DNA from: Phyllobates terribilis
Taxonomy: Eukaryota
Length of the DNA: 64,000 bases
Assembly: GCF_046119375.1 (NCBI RefSeq)
Contig: NW_027362769.1
Coordinates: forward strand, 363,878,001-363,942,000
Direction: 5' to 3'
A model generated the notes under the pieces. It worked only from the letters and a program-made list of their open reading frames with translations, was not told where the DNA came from and did not search any database. How positions within the stretch are numbered: the stretch's first letter is position 1; each line of letters starts with the position of its first letter. Both the position numbers and the translations under genes were made by a program. Shown piece by piece: positions 1 through 11,541 of the stretch.

Positions 1-1909
1 GCACAACCATCACACGGACATCATACACACAATGGGCACAACCATCACACGGACATCATACACACAGCGAGCACAACCATCACACACATACATCAGACAC
101 AAAGTGGTCACAACCATCACATGGACATCATACACACAACGGGCACAACCATCACACGGACATCATACACACAACGAGCACAACCATCACACACATACAT
201 CAGACACAAAGTGGTCACAACCATCACATGGACATCATACACACAACGGGCACAACCATCACACAGACATCATACACACAGCGAGCATAACTATCACACG
301 GACATCATACACACAGCTTGCACAACCATCACACGGACATCATACACACAACGAGCACAACCATCACACACATACATCATACACACAGCGGGCACAACCA
401 TCACACGGACATCATACTCACAGCGGGCAAAACCATCACACGGACATCATACACACAGCGAGCATAACCATCACAAGGACATCATACACACAACGAGCAC
501 AACCATCACAAGGACATCATACACACGAGCACAACCATCACACACATACATCATACACACAGCGGGCACAACCATCACACACACATCATACACACAGCAG
601 GCACAACCATCACACACACATCATACACAGAGCGGGCATGCCATCATACAGACATCATACACACAACGGGCACAACTATCACATGGACATCATACACACA
701 GCGGGCACAACCATCACACGGACATCATACACACAATGGGCACAACCATCACACGGACATCATACACACAGCGAGCACAACCATCACACACATACATCAG
801 ACACAAAGTGGTCACAACCATCACATGGACATCATACACACAACGGGCACAACCATCACACGGACATCATACACACAATGAGCACAACCATCACACACAT
901 ACATCAGACACAAAGTGGTCACAACCATCACATGGACATCATTCACACAACGGGCACAACCATCACACAGACATCATACACACAGCGAGCATAACTATCA
1001 CACGGACATCATACACACAGCTTGCACAACCATCACACGGACATCATACACACAACGAGCACAACCATCACACACATACATCATACACACAGCGGGCACA
1101 ACCATCACATGGACATCATACTCACAGCGGGCAAAACCATCACACGGACATCATACACACAGCGAGCATAACCATCACAAGGACATCATACACACAACGA
1201 GCACAACCATCACAAGGACATCATACACACGAGCACAACCATCACACACATACATCATACACACAGCGGGCACAACCATCACACACACATCATACACACA
1301 GCGGGCACAACCATCACACACACATCATACACACAGCGGGCACAACCATCACACACACATCATACACAGAGCGGGCATGCCATCATACAGACATCATACA
1401 CACAACGGGCACAACTATCACATGGACATCAAACACACAACGGGCACAACCATCACACGGACATCATACACACAACGGGCACAACCATCACACGGACATC
1501 ATACACAAAGCGGGCACAACCATCACACAGACATCATACATACAGCGGTCACAACCATCACATGGACATCATACACACAACGGGCACAACCATTGCACAG
1601 ACATAATACAGACAGCGAGCATAACTATCACATGGACATCATACACACAACGAGCACAACCATCACACATACATCATACACACAGCGGGCACAACCATCA
1701 CACGGACATCATACACACAAAGGGCACAACCATCACACGGACATCATACACACAACGAGCACAACCATCACACACATACATCATACACACAGCGGGCACA
1801 ACCATCACACGGACATCATACACACAATGGGCACAACCATCACACGGACATCATACACACAGCGAGCACAACCATCACACACATACATCAGACACAAAGT
1901 GGTCACAAC
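1..1909. repeat. CA-rich ~33-35 bp minisatellite (consensus ~ GGGCACAACCATCACACGGACATCATACACACAAC)
   Basis: Unit visibly repeated throughout; rare variants recur at ~700-740 bp spacing (CTTGCAC at 317 and 1021; GGGCATGCCATC at 634 and 1373), suggesting a higher-order duplication. Confidence 0.97.
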
Positions 1910-3226
1910 ATTAACCAGAGTCATTAACCAGATGATTAATTAATCATTAATCATTAATCATTAACCAGAGTCAGCATGGGTTTGTAACTAACAAGTCATG
2001 TCAGACTAACTTAATTTCCTTCTATGACAGAATCACTGACTGGGTGGATCAGGGAAATGCTGTAGATATAGTATATCTTGACTTCAGCAAAGCATTTGAC
2101 AAAGTATCTCACACCATCCTTATTGAAAAAATGACCAAGTATGCAATGGACCAGGCAACTGTTAGGTGGATTCATAACTGGCTTAGTGATCGGACTCAAA
2201 GGGTGGTTGTAAATGGCTTCACATCCAGCTGGATGAATGTCTCAAGTGGGGTACCACAGGGCTCCGTCCTGGGACCTGTATTGTTCAACATCTTTATCAA
2301 TGATTTAGATGAAGGAATTGAGGGTAAACTGATTAAATTTGCTGATGACACAAAGCTAGGAGGGATAGCTAATTCTAGAGAAGAGAGAGAGAGGATTCAA
2401 AAAGACCTAAATAAACTGGAGCAGTGGGCAGCAACCAACAGAATGGTTTTTAACAGGGAAAAATGCAAAGTACTACATCTGAGCAATAAAAATGAAAAAG
2501 CATATACAGAATGGGAGGAATAGAGCTATGCAACAGTACATGTGAAAAAGACTTAGGTATACTAATAGATCATAGACTGAACATGAGTCAACAGTGTGAT
2601 GCAGCAGCAAAAAAGGCAAATACAATTCTGGGATGTATTAACAGAAGCATACAGTCTAGATCACGTGAAGTCATTATCGGTCTTTACTCCTCTTTGGTCA
2701 GACCTCATCTGGAATACTGTGTACAGTTTTGGGCACCACATTTTAAAAAAGACATAGACAAACTGGAGCAAGTTCAGAGAAGAGCGACCAGAATGGTGAC
2801 TGGTCTGCAAACCATGTCCTATGAGGAACGGTTGCAGGATTTGGGAATGTTTAGCTTGCAAAAAAGAAGACTGAGAGGAGACTTAATAGCTGTCTACAAA
2901 TATGTCAAGGGCTGTCACATTGTAGAAGGATCATCTTTATTCTCATTTGCACAAGGAAAGACTAGAAGCAATGGGATGAAACTAAATGGGAGGAGACACA
3001 GATTAGATATTAGAAAAAACTTTTTGACAGTTAGGGTGATTAATGAGTGGAACAGGCGGCCACGAGAGGTGGTGAGTTCCCCTTCAATGGACGTCTTCAA
3101 ACAGAGGCTGGACAGACATCTGTCTGAGATGATCTAGTGAATCCTGCTTTGAGCAGGGGGTTGGACCAGATGACCCAGGAGGTCCCTTCCAACTCTACCA
3201 TTCTATGATTCTATGATTCTATGATT
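1910..3226 (+). mobile_element. 5'-truncated CR1 LINE (RT C-terminal part plus 3' UTR), frameshifted near 2500
   Basis: ORFs 2044-2523 and 2511-3137 give YLDFSKAFDKV, SGVPQGSVLGP, KFADDTKL, RPHLEYCVQFW; ends in (ATTCTATG)n, the typical CR1 tail. Confidence 0.95.
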
Positions 3227-4322
3227 CAACCATCACATGGACATCATACACACAACGGGCACAACCATCACACACATACATCATACACACAGCGGGCACA
3301 ACCATCACAGGGACATCATAAACACAACGGGCACAATCATCACACAAACATCATACACACAACGGGCACAACCATCACACGGTCATCATACACACAGCGG
3401 GCACAACCATCACACGGACATCATACACACAGCGGTCACAACCATCACATGGACATCATACACCCAACGGGCAGAACCATCACACAGACATTATACACAC
3501 AGCGAGCATAATTATCACACGGACATCATACACACAACGAGCACAACCATCACACACATACATCATACACACAGCGGGTACAACCATCACACGGACATCG
3601 TATACACAATGGGGACAACCATCACACGGACATCATACACACAGCGAGCATAACTATCACACGGACATCATACACACAGCGTGCACAACCATCACACGGA
3701 CATCATACACACAACGAGCGCAACCATCACACACATACATCATACACACAGCGGGCACAACCATCACACGGACATCATACACACAACGGGCACAACCATC
3801 ACACACACACACATCATACACACAGCGGGCACAGCCATCACACGGACATAATACACACAGCGGTCACAACCATCACACTGACATCATACACACAACGAGC
3901 ACAACAATCACACAGACATCATACACACAGCATGCACAACCATCACATGGACATCATACACATAACGGGCACAACCATCACACACACAGCGGGCACAACC
4001 ATCACACGGACATCATTCACACAACGGGCACAACCATCACACGGACATCATACACACAGCGAGCATAACTATCACACGGACATCATACACACAGCGTGCA
4101 CAACCATCACACGGACATCATACACACAACGAGCACAACCATCACACACATACATCATACACACAGCGGGCACAACCATCACACGGACATCATAAACACA
4201 ACGGGCACAATCATCACACAGACATCATACACACAGGGGGCACAACCATCACAAGGACATCATACACACAACAGGCACAACCATCACACACACACACACA
4301 TCACACACACAGCGGGCACAAC
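3227..4322. repeat. Continuation of CA-rich minisatellite
   Basis: Same unit resumes directly after the CR1 tail. Confidence 0.97.
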
Positions 4323-5560
4323 TGTGGCGCCCCTGAGGGTTCAGTCGCCACAGAGGTACTGCACCTCAACCAGAGGTGTGGTATCTCCTTCTCTCAGGTA
4401 AGGAGGGAGTGCTGCCCGGAACCCCAACACCCACATTCAACACTACACTGCTCCAGGCCGGCTGGAGGGGCAACATGCATTCGCAAAGCTGAACCCTGTC
4501 CCTGGCTGGAGTGGGGGGGAACCCAGAGGTAGGGGGAATCAGTAGTGGGTGTGGGTGGAGGAAATAGTTTAGAGGAGCACCATTACAGGAGGTATATAAA
4601 AAGGGAAGCCATCTTAGGGTGGCAGTGCAGTAGAGCTCAGTGAGTGAGGGAAATCAGTCTGGGAGCAGAGGTTCTTTAGGAGCTCTGCTCCACAAGTAGG
4701 GCCCAGTCCTAGAGGCCCAGGAGGGGAGCAGATGAGTAGGCTCCGATCTACAGAAGGGATCCTAGGGAGTACGGCGAGTGCAGGACGGCACCCGTACGTC
4801 CCGAATCTGTCAGAAGACAGAGGGATCGTAGGCCGCAAGAAGGGGACCGGCCCCTGGTCCAGCCGTGTTACTCTAAGTCTCGGCTGGGAAAACCGGAGGC
4901 TTCTGGCTTATATAGTCAGTTGCCGAAGCCTCATTCTAATCCCCGTGAGGGTCAAGCAGGTCCGGGAACTCCAACAAGACAGGAGGGACTTCAGAGCACC
5001 CGAGCAGGATTGAGAGTGGGGAAGCGCAGGGCAGGAGGGAGAAAGACCCAGCGTGAACACAAGAAAGTGGGGATCTGTCAGGTGCTTCAAATCTGCCTGA
5101 CAAAGAGCTGAACCACTGCCTGGTGAATGCAGAGCGACGTGGGAGGCTAGCACCCGTACAGTGCACCAGTGGAACTGTCATAAGAACTGTGAGTAAAAAC
5201 TCAGATGACTGCACCGTACTGCCTCCGTCCATTCTTTCATATGCGCCCTCTTGCCTCCTGGCACTACAACGCCCAGAGCAAGTTACACTACCTACACTGC
5301 CCTGGAGCTAAGCTCTACCTGTGGAGAGCCACACCATCCCTGCTGCCGTAACACCAGCTCCAGAGGACTGCTCTGCAGCGGCGGCTCCCTTTAGCCGCAT
5401 TCCACAGGTGGCGTCACGAACACTGCAGAAATCCCCTATAAATATTACCCCCCTTTTTGGTGACCGCCCTGGGCCACGGACCGGGCCAGCCACCGTGATA
5501 TCCCCCACCAGCATCCATAGGCCCGGCTGCCGAGTACCCCACGGCTCTGGGGGCGCGTCA
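4323..5560 (+). mobile_element. Solo LTR (1238 bp), Gypsy-like, related to the 6665-15168 element
   Basis: TGTGGCG...GGGGGCGCGTCA termini; flanks CAAC/CGAC (4-bp TSD, 1 mismatch); TATA-like GGTATATAAAAA near 4591; AGTAAA 5192-5197; last 12 nt GGGGGCGCGTCA shared with the LTR ending at 7906. Confidence 0.88.
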
Positions 5561-6052
5561 CGACCATCACACACATCATACACACAGCGGCACAATCATC
5601 ACATGGACATCATACACACAGCGGGCTCAACCATCACACGGACATCATACAGACATCATACACACAACGGGCACAAGCATCACACAGACATCATACACAC
5701 AACGGGCACAATCATCACACGGACATCATACACACAACGGGCACAATCATCACAAGGACATCATACACACAACGGGCACAATCATCACACGGACATCATA
5801 CACACAACGGGCACAATCATCACACGGACATCATACACACAACGGGCACAATTATCACACGGACATCATACACACAAAGGGCACAACCATAACACAGACA
5901 TCATACACACAACGGGCACAATTATCACACGGACATCATACACACAACGGTCACAATTATCACACGGACATCATACACACAGCGGTCACAACCATCACAC
6001 ACACACATCATACACACAGCGGGCACAACCATCATACACACAGCGGGCACAA
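5561..6052. repeat. Distal part of CA-rich minisatellite
   Basis: Unit resumes after the solo LTR. Confidence 0.95.
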
Positions 6053-6664
6053 CATGACATGTATATATTCACTTCTTCTCCATCATGTCTCCAGTGGCAG
6101 TGGTGGGGCCTGGTGTTTGCAATCAGCAGCAGAGGATGGGCTGTACGCAGGAGAGCTGTCAGCCCTGCAGTGTCCCTAAATCCCCTTCCCATCTCCCCTA
6201 GTCCCGACTGCAGAGCTGCTGGTGACTTTGCATGAGCCCCCTCCCATCCTGTAATAACAGCAGCTACAGATGGGAGAGGCTGAGGGTCTCCCCCCTCACC
6301 TCAGGACAGCACCTTGTTGTCATGTCCTCCGCAGACTTGGCCCCGCCCCCTGTCCCCTCACCTCCTCATGCTGTGCGGTCTCTCTGCACAGTAGAATTCC
6401 TCTGCACTGATGCCGGGGAGGAGCAGGGAGCGGGAGGCGGAGCTACAAGGAGTCACACACAGCATGGAAAGTCTGCATGTCTGGAAAAAAAAAGCCCAGT
6501 GCCTAGCAACGCCCCTGCCGGGAGAAGAGCTGAGCCGGGACGGGACTGAGCCCTCAAATCGGGCCAGGCCCAGGGAATAGGGGAGGGTTGTTAGCTATGG
6601 ATATTATACCAGCCTCCTATTATTCTGTGTATAATATGGGATGTCTGTGCCTATAGTATATATA

Positions 6665-7906
6665 TGTAGCACCCTGAGGACTCGGCTGCTACAGGGGTAT
6701 TACACCTCAAGCCAGAGGTGTGGTATTCCACTCCCGGGTAAGGATGGAGTGTGGAACTGAGCTCAGATAGCTGCATATACTACATACATCCCATTTCCGG
6801 GGGACAGATCGACGGTACTCCCACCAATATATGTGCAGGTACGATAGTGTCTGTCCCTGGCTGGAGTGGGAGGGGGGTGGAACATCCCAGTAGTGTAGGG
6901 GCAGATAGGGGGAGCAGTCTGGGTAATGCTAGGAGCTCATTGGGTGCTGGTCACCTGAGCTCACACATAGAGGGAGTATATAAGGTGGGCACCATCTTAG
7001 ATCAGGGTCAGTCTTTTGTAGTGTGAGTCAGAGGAGCAGAGCAGAGAAGCTCAGCCAGAAGGGCTGACAGGGAGTTGTGGTTCCGGCTGGGCCCAGCTCC
7101 AAGGCCAAGTCTGAGAGAGAGAGAGAGGAGTCAGAAGGACCCAGAGAGAAGAAGAAGGAACCCCAAGACCCCAGAATACAAACAGCAGGGTGAAGGGTTG
7201 GCACCCAGGGTACCGGATCCCAAGCTGGCAGAGAGAAAAGCACACCTTAGCCAGAGACCGGAGGTCGTGGGCAGGATCTGCCACGACCCTCACTAAATCC
7301 ACTAGGAAGGCATACCAAGTATAGGGTCAGGGAACCCAGAAGAGGTGTACCCACCAAGAGACCCGAGGGAGCCGGACATAAGTGGATCCCTAGTGAGAAC
7401 GGCCAGAAGAGAGGGAAAGTCAGACAGGAGCTCAGGACCACGCTCCAGAATTGCTTGGGGGTTGGCCGAGTCCAGGACCTGGTGGACGCAGCACAGCTCG
7501 GGTGGTCGCTTCAGGCCAGAGTGACCATAAGAACACCCGTAAGTAAAAACCCCTGAACTGCACAGCCCGACTCTGAGTCTTCTTGCTTAGCTCTCCTGCA
7601 CCTTCACAACCACCATCCTCTACATCTGACCCCCTGAGGCTATACCCCTCCCGTTGGGGGTTATACTACCACAGCGGCACACATACCACCAGCCTCAGCA
7701 GACCCTTCTGCAGCGGCGGCCTTTTGACCGCAAATCAACGGGTGGCGTAGTCGACACTAAGAACACCAATAACATCTATCAAGACTGCCACACACTGAGT
7801 TTGACACCCTGGGCACGGACCGGGTCGCCGCCACTCGGAGACTACAACCCCCATCTGATCCGGCTCCGGGTAATCCCCAAACAGCACTGGCCCAGGGGGC
7901 GCGTCA
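6665..7906 (+). repeat. LTR1 (1242 bp)
   Basis: TGTAGCACCC...GGCGCGTCA; TATATAA near 6977; CCATCTT; AGTAAA 7542-7547; near-identical to 10296-11537 and 13927-15168. Confidence 0.95.
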
Positions 7907-7910
7907 ACTT

Positions 7911-7929
7911 TGGCGTAGTCGGCAGGATT
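7911..7929 (+). promoter_or_regulatory. Primer-binding site, tRNA-Ser (AGA/TGA type)
   Basis: TGGCGTAGTCGGCAGGATT, 4 nt after the LTR, is the reverse complement of the vertebrate tRNA-Ser 3' end ...AATCCTGCCGACTACG-CCA (recalled sequence). Confidence 0.9.
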
Positions 7930-8023
7930 TCGTGCCCGCAACCACCGGGTACTGCGTGCCTGAAGAAAAGTTCCAAATTTACCTCAAGAAGAAGTTTCCC
8001 GCCGGTTCCAGAGGGTCCCCGCC

Positions 8024-9829
8024 ATGGGACGCCATCACGGATCGTTTCCCGCCGGTTGCCCGCCATCTGCAGCTTTTTCCCGCCATTTCCAGAAGATTTC
8101 CCGCCTTGGAAGAGCGGACGCCATTATGGGCGTGCCAGAGGGTGGCAAGAGGTCACCTCCCATCGTGGGCCAGGTCAAGGAATGGCGCCAAAAGCGGAAA
8201 CCGCCCCCACCAACGGAGACTGTGATGCTGGAGATGTCCATCAGCGTGAGAGAACTGCCCCTGGAACTGACAATCACAAAGTTGCCCCGGGACCACCTTC
8301 AATGTGGGCGGAGACAGAACAAGAGAGAGAAGATGGGTGCAGCCTGGAGGAGTCTGGAGAGAGCGCACCCGGAGACAAGAAGTCTGGAGAGGACTCCGGA
8401 GAAGCCGTACCCGGAGATGGAGGGAGAGGCAGGCAGCACCGACCCAGTGGTCAGGAGCCTGTTGCAAGCGACAACCCCAGAAGGCCTGGTGGAGATCCTG
8501 GCACAGCTCCCCCGAGACCGGGAGCGTGCACAGACCGCACTGGAGGGCTTGGCTCAGAGGATGGCCCGAGTGCAGCGGGACGTACTGGCCGCATGGAGCA
8601 GAGAGATGGCCCAGCAGGCTGGAACCCGCCAGCGAAGCACGCCACCCGAGACGAGGAGACAGACCGCCTCTGAGGATGGTGCAGGAGGAGTGAAGGCCGG
8701 AGACGGCGCCGAAGAGGGAGCTGAACAGATGGAGGCAGGTAAAGGGGACGTCACTACCCCGAGCCGAGAAACCGCGTGCCTGCCCCAGCTCCCCGTCGCA
8801 GAGCCCGAAATTCCCCCTGTCGTGCCCGTCGCTGCATCGTCACCGCTCCAGACAAGGCCTCAAGCAGAAGCCGCGGCCGCGACCCCTGTGACGTCACGCG
8901 CCTCAACCCTGAGCGCGGCAAAGCAGGAAACACCACCGGCCTGGTCGCAAGGTCTAGTACCCCCGGGCGCCGCAGTACCAACAGCGCCCTCTACCTCCAC
9001 TGAGCCACCGGCCTGGTCGCTGGGCCAAGTAACCCCGGGCGCCGCCGTCTTCACGGTGCCCTTTACGTTCAGGGTACCCCAGGCCTGGTCGCAAGGCCTG
9101 GCGAACCCGGGCGCCGCCACCACCACCGCGCCCTCAACATCTAGAGTGCCGCACCTGGGTGAAGATTTGTTTGCCCAGCACACGTGCCCGGATGGGCAGC
9201 CCTTTGTGTGGCCACCGGAGTTCCACCATCCCCGACTCCGGAAAGAAAGACCCCTAGATGAGCCCCTGATTCCGGTTCCGAAGCCCGTTAAGATCACCCC
9301 ACTCTCGTTGGAGGAAGCGCAGTTTGCGTGGGACCCCACCGGAGGAGACCTCATGGGATTCACCCAAGAGACTCGGGCAGCCGCAGCTGAGCGTGCGGAG
9401 TGCTGCCGGCAGCAGTTAGAGGTCTTTGACCGCGAGCGAAGAGAGAGGCGGGTCCGAGAGCAGCGGCTGCAGGAACAGAGCGCAGGGCAGAAGAGCAGGA
9501 CCAGGAGGAACCCCCGTGCAGCCCACGGTCCCCGTGCCACCGGGACTGTAATTAAATTCCAACTGCAGCACGGTTGGGGTTTCATCAGGGATCATCACAC
9601 CCCCGGCGACGTCTTTGTCACCCGCAGAGACGTGGAGTCCCATCTGCCGGAGGGACACAGAGGTCGTGACCTATATGTAGGGGACGAGGTCACGTTCACC
9701 CGGCACAAGTGTGCCAAAGGACCCTACGCCCTCCATGTACACCGGCTGACGGAGGAGGAGCTACGGTGTGAAGAGGAGCAAGAGGATCCGGACGGGTCTG
9801 AAGGAGGAGCAGGAGTACGCCGTCATTAA
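8024..9829 (+). CDS. 601-aa element-encoded protein with C-terminal cold-shock domain, copy 1
   Basis: Uninterrupted ORF with strong Kozak (GCCATGG); residues ~505-575 match the CSD pattern; preceded by a charged helical stretch and three ~24-aa repeats. Confidence 0.85.
   Translation: MGRHHGSFPAGCPPSAAFSRHFQKISRLGRADAIMGVPEGGKRSPPIVGQVKEWRQKRKPPPPTETVMLEMSISVRELPLELTITKLPRDHLQCGRRQNKREKMGAAWRSLERAHPETRSLERTPEKPYPEMEGEAGSTDPVVRSLLQATTPEGLVEILAQLPRDRERAQTALEGLAQRMARVQRDVLAAWSREMAQQAGTRQRSTPPETRRQTASEDGAGGVKAGDGAEEGAEQMEAGKGDVTTPSRETACLPQLPVAEPEIPPVVPVAASSPLQTRPQAEAAAATPVTSRASTLSAAKQETPPAWSQGLVPPGAAVPTAPSTSTEPPAWSLGQVTPGAAVFTVPFTFRVPQAWSQGLANPGAATTTAPSTSRVPHLGEDLFAQHTCPDGQPFVWPPEFHHPRLRKERPLDEPLIPVPKPVKITPLSLEEAQFAWDPTGGDLMGFTQETRAAAAERAECCRQQLEVFDRERRERRVREQRLQEQSAGQKSRTRRNPRAAHGPRATGTVIKFQLQHGWGFIRDHHTPGDVFVTRRDVESHLPEGHRGRDLYVGDEVTFTRHKCAKGPYALHVHRLTEEELRCEEEQEDPDGSEGGAGVRRH
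9536..9748 (+). other. Cold-shock domain (OB fold) coding segment, copy 1
   Basis: TGTVIKFQLQHGWGFI (RNP1-like) ... GDVFVT (RNP2-like) ... LYVGDEVTF ... AKGPYALHV parallels CspA TGIVKWFNADKGFGFI...DVFVH...LDEGQKVSF...AKGPAAGNV. Confidence 0.88.
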
Positions 9830-10286
9830 AGTACGGTAAAGAGACTGTATATAGTTACCCGTCAGGGTATAAGAACTGTTACTGCTGCTAGTTAAAATAT
9901 AGTCCCCGTTGGGACCAGCAAATTGAACTGAAACCCGTGTGTCCCTATTCCCACTGACCGAGGACTGAGAGCGGTCATTCCTTTCCTGATACCTGGCCGA
10001 GGACTGAGAGCGGCCATACCTTCCCTTGTATATAGTTGCGCTTTCTAAGGCGCCCCCTACCGGTTTATAGGAAACTGTTGTTTTTACTACAAGAGACTGT
10101 CGCACTTTACCCGGTCACAAGTTGCACCGTGGCCGGAGGAACAAGAGTGTTATTTATGAAAAGCTTTATATGAAAAGTTTATGCTGATAATATATGATGT
10201 TTTATATGTTTATGTTTTATGAAATAAAATGTATGTTTGTGGATGTTTATGTTCTCTTACAGCCCGAGGACGTGCTGTGATTTACC

Positions 10287-10295
10287 AGGGGGGAA
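10287..10295 (+). promoter_or_regulatory. Polypurine tract
   Basis: AGGGGGGAA immediately before the TG of LTR2. Confidence 0.85.
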
Positions 10296-11537
10296 TGTAG
10301 CACCCTGAGGACTCGGCTGCTACAGGGGTATTACACCTCAAGCCAGAGGTGTGGTATTCCACTCCCGGGTAAGGATGGAGTGTGGAACTGAGCTCAGATA
10401 GCTGCATACACTACATACATCCCATTTCCGGGGGACAGATCGACGGTACTCCCACCAATATATGTGCAGGTACGATAGTGTCTGTCCCTGGCTGGAGTGG
10501 GAGGGGGGTGGAACATCCCAGTAGTGTAGGGGCAGATAGGGGGAGCAGTCTGGGTAATGCTAGGAGCTCATTGGGTGCTGGTCACCTGAGCTCACACATA
10601 GAGGGAGTATATAAGGTGGGCACCATCTTAGATCAGGGTCAGTCTTTTGTAGAGTGAGTCAGAGGAGCAGAGCAGAGAAGCTCAGCCAGAAGGGCTGACA
10701 GGGAGTTGTGGTTCCGGCTGGGCCCAGCTCCAAGGCCAAGTCTGAGAGAGAGAGAGAGGAGTCAGAAGGACCCAGAGAGAAGAAGAAGGAACCCCAAGAC
10801 CCCAGAATACAAACAGCAGGGTGAAGGGTTGGCACCCAGGGTACCGGATCCCAAGCTGGCAGAGAGAAAAGCACACCTTAGCCAGAGACCGGAGGTCGTG
10901 GGCAGGATCTGCCACGACCCTCACTAAATCCACTAGGAAGGCATACCAAGTATAGGGTCAGGGAACCCAGAAGAGGTGTACCCACCAAGAGACCCGAGGG
11001 AGCCGGACATAAGTGGATCCCTAGTGAGAACGGCCAGAAGAGAGGGAAAGTCAGACAGGAGCTCAGGACCACGCTCCAGAATTGCTTGGGGGGTGGCCGA
11101 GTCCAGGACCTGGTGGACGCAGCACAGCTCGGGTGGTCGCTTCAGGCCAGAGTGACCATAAGAACACCCGTAAGTAAAAACCCCTGAACTGCACAGCCCG
11201 ACTCTGAGTCTTCTTGCTTAGCTCTCCTGCACCTTCACAACCACCATCCTCTACATCTGACCCCCTGAGGCTATACCCCTCCCGTTGGGGGTTATACTAC
11301 CACAGCGGCACACATACCACCAGCCTCAGCGGACCCTTCTGCAGCGGCGGCCTTTTGACCGCAAATCAACGGGTGGCGTAGTCGACACTAAGAACACCAA
11401 TAACATCTATCAAGACTGCCACACACTGAGTTTGACACCCTGGGCACGGACCGGGTCGCCGCCACTCGGAGACTACAACCCCCATCTGATCCGGCTCCGG
11501 GTAATCCCCAAACAGCACTGGCCCAGGGGGCGCGTCA
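10296..11537 (+). repeat. LTR2 (shared middle LTR)
   Basis: LTR1 + 3631 bp; preceded by a PPT and followed by a PBS. Confidence 0.95.
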
Positions 11538-11541
11538 ACTT

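Noticed and set aside
32-6235. Long His/Thr-rich ORFs (320, 597, 342, 304 aa)
   Set aside because: Translations of a minisatellite that lacks stops in all three plus frames.
7654-8673. 339-aa overlapping ORF in the LTR element
   Set aside because: Non-ATG start inside the LTR; truncated to 217 aa in the second unit; no recognisable domain.
8860-9585. 241-aa antisense ORF
   Set aside because: GC-rich shadow of the 601-aa ORF.
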